Shown: piece after piece, positions 1 to 8,735 of the stretch
How the letters are laid out: each line of letters starts with the position of its first letter
How positions within the stretch are numbered: the stretch's first letter is position 1
IMG/VR virus record: IMGVR_UViG_3300014202_001565
Coordinates: 1-41,436 of that record
Source: a virus
Lineage: Duplodnaviria > Caudoviricetes
Reading direction: 5' to 3' (one strand)
DNA: 41,436 nucleotides
Position numbers and translations under genes: made by a program
The notes under the pieces: model-generated
Database searches by the model: none
The model's input: the letters and a program-made list of their open reading frames with translations, nothing else
What the model was told of the DNA's origin: nothing

Positions 1-3000
1 TTAGCCCCGCCGTTCTACTTTCCCATGCTCGTTGCTGTAGGTCGAAGTGTTGAAGCCCAAGAAGTTAAGAAGCCCCATCGCGTCTTCTTTGCTGAACCCG
101 TCTTCCACAAGCCCTTCAACCGTCTCTTGCACTGAAAGGGGGGCGATTAGGTCGAAGAAGGCACGGTTCCAGCCGTATTCCTTCCCTAGATAGTCTTGCC
201 GGTCAATCATGTTGATCGTCACGCCCGCCGCCGGAGAGGCCTTTGAACGCATGAACCGTGCAACGACATCCCAACCCGTGGGGTCGCCCTTTTCTTTGAA
301 CTCGCGATCGAAGGGCGCGTCCAGATCGATTGCCCTCCCTGATGCCGTTGTGTACTTGCTTTGAGCGATCCGGCTCATGAGCACAATCGGTTGCAACAAA
401 CCTGCTCCGACATCTATTCGGGTGTTGCCGATCCGGATTTTGCCGAAGTCGGACGACGTAGGATCCATGTTGACATCGGCCCCCGCTCCCTTGGCCATGC
501 CCAGCACCGCCGCCATGCCCCCAAGGAACTTGGCATACTCTCCCGCTATGAGCCCTCGAGCTTTCAAGGATGTCTTATCCCATCGAGCCATCGGTTGGCC
601 AAGCGCATATTCAAACCGGGAAGTTGCATAGCGAGGCGAGAACCCGACAACGTTCAACGCTTCAGCCGCCTTGGAGAAGCCGAGACTGTCAAGAGAAGCC
701 CCGCCCCGCCCGCTGGCAACGTTCACGTAGTTTGCGATCGCTTTCAAGTCGTCGGCACCTGGCTTGTCGCCTAAGCTCTTAACCATCCGGTCGAAAACAT
801 CGGCCCGAAGCTGATTGAGGTAGGTCACGTATGCCCGCTCCGAACCTCGGAAGGGGTTGAATCGCCGCCACTTAGTGGACCCGATAAAGTTCTTCGCGAA
901 AGCCTCTTCACCGGCGTTCATACCGCCATCGATCGGTGAGAGATGCAACCCCGACTCCTTGTATTGAGCCGCGTTCGGACGGTTTAGAAGTTCATTCTGG
1001 TAGCGAACCGCCGCCTCAGGGGAGGCCATCGCGCGAAGTTGCCTTCCGAAAGCCTTAACCGACTTACCGGGGTTGGTGATCCCGAGAATCCAGCCCTGAC
1101 GGCCCGGAGCCGAGATGTCGATCGAGCTTTTGAGGGTCTTGGGCAGGTTCCACGCGCCGACAACTTTCTCGCCAAGTCCCTTCGGTCTAAGACTCTCGAT
1201 TCGCCCTTTGATCTCTCCCTTAAGAAGATCTCTTTGAGCCTTCAATCGTTCAAGTTCTCGACTTCGAGAGCGTTCCTTCTTTTGGCTGACTTTGTATTCC
1301 CCGCTTCGGAGGCTTTCCTGAAGATCGCCAATTTCCTTTTCAAGGGCTTCCCGGTACTCAGCATCGCGCTTCACCTTCGCATCGTGCGGCCGGCGAGTTT
1401 TCAGCAGTTCCCTCTCCTCGGCTTCGATGCGCTTTCGCTCCTCTCTCGCTTTGACCCTTTCCCGCTTGGTCGCTTCGCGCTGGGCCGTCCGTTCGGCATT
1501 CCGAGCCATGGATTTTCCCCGCTGGATTTCGGAGAGTTGCGCTTCAAGCTCTTGGACCCGTTGGGATTTCGTTCGCTTGGCCTTAGGGGTTTTGGCTGCT
1601 TCCACGCCCTTTTGCGCGGCATCAATCTCTTCGATAAGCTTTGCCTCGCGCTGAAGGTCATTCAGCCGCTGCCGTGCCTCGGGAACCGTGCGAGGGGTTG
1701 CGTCGGGACTATCCATCCCCGCGAGTGCCCGGCGAACATCGCTATCCGAAACCTCGTCAAGCCCCCCCTCCGAAAGATGCCCTTTGAGCTTCGTTACGAG
1801 TTCGTCCAGCTGCGCCACGCCCGCCTCGATCTCAAGTTTCGCTACCTTCATAAGGGCACGGTAAAGGTCTTCATTTGAAAAGACCGAACCGAGGTTAGAC
1901 GACATGCCAGAGTTGAGGGCTTTCTTGATGGCTTCGCTTAGTTCAGCCTTGGCCGGAGCGAGGTCGTTCTTGATGGCTTCCATCGATCGACGGGGGCCGC
2001 GCCGATACTGCGTCTGTCGTCGAAGCAACTCCGCATCTGCAGAACGTCGCTCAAGGGCCGCGATCTGCGCTTCTTTGGCCTCCAGGTCTTTATGAAGGGC
2101 TTCAAACTGGCGAACCTCTTTCTCGGTTAGGGATTTGCCCTTTGAAGCTTTCGCCCGGCTCTTGATGGAGACAAGGTCGAAGTCTTCGTTGATCGTGAGT
2201 TTCCGCGCCGCCAAGGCCCGCCCTTGCGCCGTTCCTGCACGGTGAAGGGCTTCCGTCAGCTTGGAATGCTCATCCTCGATCGAAACGATCTGTTTACCGA
2301 GCATGTCCACGTCATCACCAACCGCCGTAGAAAGCTCCCTGAGGGCCTCCGCATGACGGTTCTTGAGCTGCTGGAGCCTCGACACGACGTGGGCGGTTTC
2401 CTGTGCGCTCCAAGGTCGATCGGTCTTCCCGTCGACGACGTATTTCGCCTCCTCGGGATGCGACTTGGAAACGAGTTCTTCAAAGGTGACCTTCTCCCCC
2501 TTTTCAATGGGTTCTTGCCCCATGCGGAGCCGGTCGGACTGAAGATCGGCTTGCCGGGCCGATGTCGGTGGCATGTCTGGCAATTCGGCCGTCTGGTCTT
2601 CGGGGATGTACTTGGGAATTTCCTTCTTGAGTTTGCCCTCATCCAATGGGCGCTGCAGTTCCTTTTGCGATTTGAGGAACCCGCCGAGTTCGTCGGCCAT
2701 CGCCTGAACGATCTTTCGCGGAACGATCAAAGCCTTTGAGCCCAAGCCCTCCTCGAGGTCCATCAGGTCAAGTTCCCTGGTCGCAATTTCCTGCGTCGTG
2801 CGCCCTGTCACTCTCTCCCCGCGACTCATGGCCTGAAGGTCCAAATCCGTGAGATAAAGAACTTCGTCGCCCGAATCCGAAGCGATCTGGACAAGCCGGT
2901 TTCTCAATGGGCGCGGTAGATCGTTGATGTGGATCATTGCCGCGGGAGTGCGCCGGTCCACCCGAAGCGTTCCATCTCGCTTCCGGTATGCCCTCCAATA

Positions 3001-4782
3001 GGTGCGGGCTTCCTTGTCTGTCGCGGTTTTGAGAACACCCTTAAGTTGATCCAGGTCTTCCTTCGCCGCGTCCGTGTCGACAATCTTTTCCCAATCGTCC
3101 TGTTGCTTCTTTATGAGGGCTTCGCGAACATCGGTCATCGCCTCATTCACGTTAGTTGAGAAGTCGTCATAGGGCTTGCCCGTGATCTTTCGGTAGGTCG
3201 CCTTAAACAAGTCTTCGTCGAAGGATTCCGAATCGAAGTTAAGCCTGGCGTCATCTGGATCAAGGCGCATGATCTCATCGACGGGTTCCTTTGTATAGCG
3301 GGAGAGAATCCGATTGCGAAGGTTCCGATGTTCGACGTCGCCTTCGAGCCGGTCGGGAGTAACAGGTTCCTTGGAAATCTGCCTTATATTATCGGGCGGT
3401 TTTACAGTCGGAGGATCGCCCCTCCCCGCCGAAGCCGAGAATAGGTCATCCTGATCCGCTGCTCCGAAAAGATCACCGGTCTTTTGATCGATCCGGCGCC
3501 GGAAGCCCATGCCCGCATCAACGATGGCTTTGTATGCCTCCTCTTGAGTCGCGCCCTGCGACATGAGGTGATCCATCGCCCCTTCTCCGGGGTTCGGGTG
3601 ATCGGTGCCGAACTGCTGCTTCCACGCCTTGGCCAAGTCGCCAAGTTGGGCCTCTCGCGTCGGAACCTTTTCTTCCCCAACCGCAAAGAGATTGTCGGGA
3701 TCGGCATCCGGACGGGGTTTCGGCACGATCTTGTTTGACCGCGGTGTGCCCTCGATCTGGATGTCCCCTCCCATGCGCGGGATCTCCATTTCACGCGCCC
3801 CTGCCGACAATGGCCGGCCGTATTGCGTTTCGCTTAGAAGAGTGTCGCCTTGCTCGGCAAGGATTCTCGCTGCAATCTGGTCTGCCGCTTCGTCCGTGCC
3901 CCCGAAAGCCCGCTTCCAGAGAGCAGAGACGCCTTTCTGACCACCCTTGAGGGCCTTGGAGACAACGGCACCTCCGAACACCTCAAGCAAAGCCTCCGCG
4001 CCGCCCTTTAGACGCTCCTCCGTAGAAGAGCGAGGGTCGGCAACCTGCAACGCCCCGCCCGCAACGTTCGTCGGGACTTGGAGCAATCCGCCGGCGAGTC
4101 CTGAGATTTGACCACCGACGAAACCCCCAGCCTGCTTCTTGACGTCATCCGGTACGAGGAACCCGCCCGGCATCATGGCCGGGCCGAGGGTCTTCCCCGC
4201 TTCAACGCCGGCGCTGGTCACCAGGTCATAGATTTGGTTCCCCGCTTCCGTGATTCGTCGACCAATTGTCGTATCCCCGACGATTTCAGCGTTGCCGCCA
4301 TACTCTTTCACCGGAGCCCGTCCCGGAATGAGATCGGGGTATTCGTTGGCAAGGAAAAGGTCTGCCGATTTGCCGTATTGCGCCGCCCGGTCTTCGGCTT
4401 CCATCATGCGGATAGCCCCCGCCTCTGTGCCATCCCAAAGGTATTTGCGCCCGCTAGGTGCTGTTTTGATGGTCGGTCCAGATTCTTCGACTCCTACGGC
4501 TTTCTTGGCGATGTCAGCCGCCGTTTTGGTTGCCGCGGCTACGCGATCAGCCCTTTCGTCGGCCTTCGTGCTCATCTTGCGACGTGCGCGAGTTTCCTGG
4601 ACATACTCGGCTTTGTTGGGATCGAAGGCAGGGGCTTTCTTCTTTTCCTCTTCAAGTTGCTTCGCTTTGGCCCGCATGTACTTTTGCGATCGACCGCTAT
4701 ACAACTCCCCGACGCTGTAACCCTTGCCCGATTGGCCGAGTCCACCGCCCGCACTAGAGCCTTGAGTGCCTTTGAGTCTCAC
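1..4782 (-). CDS. Large internal virion / DNA ejection protein (~1590 aa), coiled-coil rich, C-terminus reminiscent of large polyvalent protein domains
   Basis: Longest ORF, last of three genes after the tail genes; likely GTG start at 4782 overlapping the upstream TGA (ORF track starts at TTG 4788); function inferred from position and size. Confidence 0.6.
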   Translation of the reverse strand: MRLKGTQGSSAGGGLGQSGKGYSVGELYSGRSQKYMRAKAKQLEEEKKKAPAFDPNKAEYVQETRARRKMSTKADERADRVAAATKTAADIAKKAVGVEESGPTIKTAPSGRKYLWDGTEAGAIRMMEAEDRAAQYGKSADLFLANEYPDLIPGRAPVKEYGGNAEIVGDTTIGRRITEAGNQIYDLVTSAGVEAGKTLGPAMMPGGFLVPDDVKKQAGGFVGGQISGLAGGLLQVPTNVAGGALQVADPRSSTEERLKGGAEALLEVFGGAVVSKALKGGQKGVSALWKRAFGGTDEAADQIAARILAEQGDTLLSETQYGRPLSAGAREMEIPRMGGDIQIEGTPRSNKIVPKPRPDADPDNLFAVGEEKVPTREAQLGDLAKAWKQQFGTDHPNPGEGAMDHLMSQGATQEEAYKAIVDAGMGFRRRIDQKTGDLFGAADQDDLFSASAGRGDPPTVKPPDNIRQISKEPVTPDRLEGDVEHRNLRNRILSRYTKEPVDEIMRLDPDDARLNFDSESFDEDLFKATYRKITGKPYDDFSTNVNEAMTDVREALIKKQQDDWEKIVDTDAAKEDLDQLKGVLKTATDKEARTYWRAYRKRDGTLRVDRRTPAAMIHINDLPRPLRNRLVQIASDSGDEVLYLTDLDLQAMSRGERVTGRTTQEIATRELDLMDLEEGLGSKALIVPRKIVQAMADELGGFLKSQKELQRPLDEGKLKKEIPKYIPEDQTAELPDMPPTSARQADLQSDRLRMGQEPIEKGEKVTFEELVSKSHPEEAKYVVDGKTDRPWSAQETAHVVSRLQQLKNRHAEALRELSTAVGDDVDMLGKQIVSIEDEHSKLTEALHRAGTAQGRALAARKLTINEDFDLVSIKSRAKASKGKSLTEKEVRQFEALHKDLEAKEAQIAALERRSADAELLRRQTQYRRGPRRSMEAIKNDLAPAKAELSEAIKKALNSGMSSNLGSVFSNEDLYRALMKVAKLEIEAGVAQLDELVTKLKGHLSEGGLDEVSDSDVRRALAGMDSPDATPRTVPEARQRLNDLQREAKLIEEIDAAQKGVEAAKTPKAKRTKSQRVQELEAQLSEIQRGKSMARNAERTAQREATKRERVKAREERKRIEAEERELLKTRRPHDAKVKRDAEYREALEKEIGDLQESLRSGEYKVSQKKERSRSRELERLKAQRDLLKGEIKGRIESLRPKGLGEKVVGAWNLPKTLKSSIDISAPGRQGWILGITNPGKSVKAFGRQLRAMASPEAAVRYQNELLNRPNAAQYKESGLHLSPIDGGMNAGEEAFAKNFIGSTKWRRFNPFRGSERAYVTYLNQLRADVFDRMVKSLGDKPGADDLKAIANYVNVASGRGGASLDSLGFSKAAEALNVVGFSPRYATSRFEYALGQPMARWDKTSLKARGLIAGEYAKFLGGMAAVLGMAKGAGADVNMDPTSSDFGKIRIGNTRIDVGAGLLQPIVLMSRIAQSKYTTASGRAIDLDAPFDREFKEKGDPTGWDVVARFMRSKASPAAGVTINMIDRQDYLGKEYGWNRAFFDLIAPLSVQETVEGLVEDGFSKEDAMGLLNFLGFNTSTYSNEHGKVERRG

Positions 4783-6380
4783 TTCCAACCTCGCGATTTG
4801 AGGGCTTCTTCAGCCTTCTTTTTCTCAGCTTCGACTTTCTTTTCGGCTTCGCGCTGCTTAGCGCGTTGATACTTTGCTGATCGCCCCGCCAGATTCCCGA
4901 CATTGCCACCGGTGGCCGCGCCCGAGGTGGCGTTTGGAGTGCTCGGCTTGGGAACTGCGGGTTTTGGAGCCGGGCTCCCTCCCGCCGGCGCGAAACCAGG
5001 ATCAACGAGAGCCTCGTCACCAAGTGCCCCCGTTCGATTCCAAGTCCCCGGAGGTAGACCTGTACCGGCAAGCTCGGCAGCCGGTTGGGCCGGAAGATTC
5101 GAGAGGTCGGTTAGTCCATCGAGCCTCCCCTGAATTTCCGTGATTCGGGCATCGAGCTTTTGCAGACGAGTTTCCTTCGCCGCGCGTCCTGAAACGACGT
5201 TGACCACCCCGCCAAGCATGCCCCCTGGCTTGGTGCCGATTTCGCTTTCGATCTTCGCCCGCTCTTTAACGTGGGCGTCGAGTTCCTTCTTGAGGGCATC
5301 GATAGCTGGGCCGTTCTGAACCTTCCAAAGAGCCATCTGGTTATCGAACTGCGTGTTCCCGATCGTGTTCGCTGCCAGGCTTCGCGCGATTTCAACCCTC
5401 ATCATCGTCGCCCGGAGGTAATCGGGGTAGTGCTTGGTCCGCGTTTCCAGCCAGGTGATTTGCGCGTCGTTTAGGTCGAGCTTGCCTTGGAGTTGCATAG
5501 GAAGGAACTCATTAACAATGCGTTGCGCTTCGTTCTTGAGAATCTGTCCCTTCGTTTGCGCCTCTTTATACTCGACCCCCGCCATTTGCGCGAGTTCCGC
5601 GGGAGTCATGTTTCCGATGGCTGTGGCCTGTCCTTCGGAGTAACCTCGATTGATGGCTTCCATGTACCTCGCTGCCGGTGATTTGGCGATGACGGACGTT
5701 AGCCATGCCCGATCATCAGCTGACTTGAACCCAATGCGACGCGTCTCATTGTTCGCTTCATTCCGCTTGTCGAGACGATTCTGAACTTCGATGTCCCGGG
5801 CCATTTGGGCATCGAACCGCGCATTTTGCCCCCTCTCGGCGAGGTCCCGCTGCTCCAGGGTCGCGATCTGACCGAGTTGCGCGAGGTTGCCCTTTCCGGC
5901 GGCCACTTCGGCATTGTAAGCATCTAGCTGTGCCTTGAAGTTGGCGTCTCGGCTCTTGGTCGCTTCGTTAAGCGCGAGGGCCATGTAATCTCCGGCGTAA
6001 CGAGGATCACGAGCCCCGGCGATCGCGGAAGCAAGAACATTGAGCCCGCCCGGGGCTTGCACGTCGCCCATTTGGGGAGCCGTTGGAGCTGGGGCCGACG
6101 CCGCCGCCCGCAATTCCTCGAGCGCGGCGCGGAACCCCGAGTCGTCCAATCCGGCGACCTGGGGCAGAATCTCTTCTGTCGCTTGCTGCACTTCCGTTTC
6201 GGCTGCCATCCTTTCTCGCTCGGCTACCGGGTCAAGCCCCTGCAAAGCCATATTGAGATCTTCTTTGGAAGTGTCCTGCCTTCGCGCCTGGCTGGCTAGC
6301 TGAAGGTACGCGTTATCGAGGGTGGCCGAAATGTCGTACCGATTGGCTGGAAGGTGCTCGAAGTCAACGGGAATCCGCAT
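4779..6380 (-). CDS. Putative internal virion / ejection protein (533 aa)
   Basis: Ala/Gln-rich, helical and coiled-coil sequence; position between small and large ejection-type genes; coupled to neighbours. Confidence 0.55.
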   Translation of the reverse strand: MRIPVDFEHLPANRYDISATLDNAYLQLASQARRQDTSKEDLNMALQGLDPVAERERMAAETEVQQATEEILPQVAGLDDSGFRAALEELRAAASAPAPTAPQMGDVQAPGGLNVLASAIAGARDPRYAGDYMALALNEATKSRDANFKAQLDAYNAEVAAGKGNLAQLGQIATLEQRDLAERGQNARFDAQMARDIEVQNRLDKRNEANNETRRIGFKSADDRAWLTSVIAKSPAARYMEAINRGYSEGQATAIGNMTPAELAQMAGVEYKEAQTKGQILKNEAQRIVNEFLPMQLQGKLDLNDAQITWLETRTKHYPDYLRATMMRVEIARSLAANTIGNTQFDNQMALWKVQNGPAIDALKKELDAHVKERAKIESEIGTKPGGMLGGVVNVVSGRAAKETRLQKLDARITEIQGRLDGLTDLSNLPAQPAAELAGTGLPPGTWNRTGALGDEALVDPGFAPAGGSPAPKPAVPKPSTPNATSGAATGGNVGNLAGRSAKYQRAKQREAEKKVEAEKKKAEEALKSRGWK

Positions 6381-7022
6381 TTACATTGCTCCCGCGAGCC
6401 GCGCCCAATTTACGCGGGAGATAGCGGGCTTTTTGAACCCGTACCCCGCGCCAACCTTCGCCGCATCGACCGCCCCTTGAATCGCTCCGGAGCTGCCTCT
6501 TTGTCCCCCGCTAAGCATGGTCGACCATTTCGAGAGGAACGGTTGTGCCGCCTGAAGAACCGAACCGTAGCGGTCCCCCTGCTGAGGCTCCGAAACGTAG
6601 GGTTGAATCCCGGCGTTGATGCTGGAGAGGTCGCGCAACTCTTGGCCTGGGAGTTCGTTGCGGATGTCGTTGGCCATCTGATCGAAACGATATCGGTATT
6701 GGTTGCTCGCGCTTGTTAGCATTTGCTGGGGTGCCGAATCTCCGGGCCGGTAACCCGCCGTCCGCGCCGCTCCTGCGAGGTTGTCGAGATCACGGGCCGA
6801 CCTGGTTTGGTAATCCTGGGTCAACTGAGTGATCCGCTTCTCAGGATCGTAGAACCCTTCGCTCTTGCGCTGGTTATACGTGTCCATCAAAAGCTTGTAG
6901 AGCTCCCGGCGACGGGCATTCTCTTCCCGCGCGATCGCTACGTTGGGGTCTTCTTTCCCCCCGCCGAAAAGCGAAGAAACGAGGCCGGCACCGGCAATGA
7001 AGTCATCGATTCCGAAAGGCAT
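6381..7022 (-). CDS. Putative small ejection/pilot protein (213 aa)
   Basis: Gly/Ala-rich hydrophobic N-terminus (IAGAGLVSSLFGGG) typical of podovirus ejection proteins; AGGAG RBS. Confidence 0.55.
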   Translation of the reverse strand: MPFGIDDFIAGAGLVSSLFGGGKEDPNVAIAREENARRRELYKLLMDTYNQRKSEGFYDPEKRITQLTQDYQTRSARDLDNLAGAARTAGYRPGDSAPQQMLTSASNQYRYRFDQMANDIRNELPGQELRDLSSINAGIQPYVSEPQQGDRYGSVLQAAQPFLSKWSTMLSGGQRGSSGAIQGAVDAAKVGAGYGFKKPAISRVNWARLAGAM

Positions 7023-7031
7023 GTTTGTCTC

Positions 7032-8735
7032 CTAGGAGGTCACCGCTTTGATGACCGAGAAGTTAAGAACGAGGGCTTCCGATAGGTTGGAGCCTGAGAA
7101 GTTGTAGACCTGGATGCGGCATGATCCTGCCGCGACGGCCGTAACGGTGACGATGTAAGAATCCGCGGTTGCCGCTGAGGCAATGTTAACGATCACCGTG
7201 TCGGTGGCCGCGATCGCGGAGTTTGTGAGGGTGAAGCTGACTGACGTCGCCGCATTGAGAGCGGCATTGTTCATGGTGATTTGCCCGCAAACCTTGTTGA
7301 GCGTGACTCCCGTCGCCTTAGAAGTCGCCTGGGTGACCGTGCCGCCCGCCCCCGTGCCGTAGCCTAAGCCGTTCGTGTCGTGGATCGACTTTAAGCCACC
7401 ATCGGTGTGCAGGATCAGCGAAGCCCCCCGGAAGAGTCGGACATTCGAGAAGAGAATTCCATCCCGACTACCCGCCGTGCCCTGAATACGAATCGCCGCT
7501 GTGGTCGTGCCGGTGAACGCTCCGGGGTCGGGCATTGCCCCGATGTCGATTCCTAGCCGAACCTGACCGTTAGCGGTATGGGCGTTCATGTTCCCCAATG
7601 GGAAAACCCCATAGCCAATCATCGTTGTCATGGTCCCCGCCGAGAACACTCGCGGGTGAGTAACGAATCCATAGGCGGTACCGATCGTGCCGCCCGGAGA
7701 AGCAGACCGCGGAAAGTCAGCGCGGAAACCGTTCCAAGTTGTGATCGTCGCCCCGCTCGATACATCCCAGCCCAAGGCGTAGCAATGGGTCATGTCCGTT
7801 AGGGTCCCGGTCGAAGCCGATTGACCAAAGAAAAGAGCTGCGATCGCTCTCGTGATCGTGCCCGTTCCAGTGTGCTGAACCGCACCCTCGAGGCCTGTAA
7901 TGCCCGCCGTCGAGTTCGTATAGTTCTGGTTGCCCGATGCTGTGGCCGTGAAAGCAAGGCCGAAGGTGCGAACCGCCGTCGCTGACGCTGGGTTCGCGGT
8001 GTGGCTCACAAGGATGCCGTAAACATCGGCCGCTGTCTGAGTGTTCGTTGGGGGCGAAATCGTCAGACGGTCGGGGATCAAACAGGTATCCGCTGCCGAT
8101 CGGTAAATCTGCACATCGCCGCCGATCAGGATCCCGGCTGAGGCCCCCGTTGCGGCTAGAGCGAGTTGGTCCGTCGACGAATTGTAGGTGAAGTTCGCAT
8201 CGTGGGTGAGTATCCCGCCTGTGCCGCTAAAGATCACGCGCCCTGACGGGATTGCTGACACCGTGACCCCCGCGAAGGTGTAGGTTCCCGAGGAAACGTT
8301 CCATTTGTTGGGCGACACCTGCCAATCGAGAACACCCGAGCTATCTGACCAAACCTTGAGCTTGCATTGCTCCGAGGAACTAAGGGTAATCAGAGTCGTT
8401 CCTGCCTGATTCTTGATCGTGATGAGCTGGGTCCCGCAGTTCTGGACGATCAACCAAGCCGCCCGACGGGCATTGGGAAGCGTGAGGTCTGCTGCTGTGG
8501 TGCAATTCACGTAATGCGCCCGGCAAACGGCATGCGCGGGGATCGTTTTGGCCTTTGCGAGTTCGTAGAAGCTCCCTGGGTACACGCCCCCAGCCTGGGC
8601 GGGTGGGGTTGGACTCTCCGATCGGGTTTCGATCTGGTTGACCCGTTGGTCCACCTCTTGCAGGGCTACCCTGACCTGCTCAGACCAGGCGAGGAGGGCC
8701 GCTCCCGCGCTCTTAGGCAGCGATAGGAGCCGCAT
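7032..8735 (-). CDS. Tail fibre / tailspike-like receptor-binding protein (567 aa)
   Basis: N-terminal coiled coil, Thr/Gly/Ala-rich beta-type repeats, C-terminal GTVTQATSKATGVTLNK domain of the kind seen in phage fibres. Confidence 0.65.
   Translation of the reverse strand: MRLLSLPKSAGAALLAWSEQVRVALQEVDQRVNQIETRSESPTPPAQAGGVYPGSFYELAKAKTIPAHAVCRAHYVNCTTAADLTLPNARRAAWLIVQNCGTQLITIKNQAGTTLITLSSSEQCKLKVWSDSSGVLDWQVSPNKWNVSSGTYTFAGVTVSAIPSGRVIFSGTGGILTHDANFTYNSSTDQLALAATGASAGILIGGDVQIYRSAADTCLIPDRLTISPPTNTQTAADVYGILVSHTANPASATAVRTFGLAFTATASGNQNYTNSTAGITGLEGAVQHTGTGTITRAIAALFFGQSASTGTLTDMTHCYALGWDVSSGATITTWNGFRADFPRSASPGGTIGTAYGFVTHPRVFSAGTMTTMIGYGVFPLGNMNAHTANGQVRLGIDIGAMPDPGAFTGTTTAAIRIQGTAGSRDGILFSNVRLFRGASLILHTDGGLKSIHDTNGLGYGTGAGGTVTQATSKATGVTLNKVCGQITMNNAALNAATSVSFTLTNSAIAATDTVIVNIASAATADSYIVTVTAVAAGSCRIQVYNFSGSNLSEALVLNFSVIKAVTS

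Noticed and set aside
7032-8735. Diversity-generating retroelement or shufflon acting on the fibre gene
   Set aside because: No reverse transcriptase, template/variable repeat pair or invertase seen
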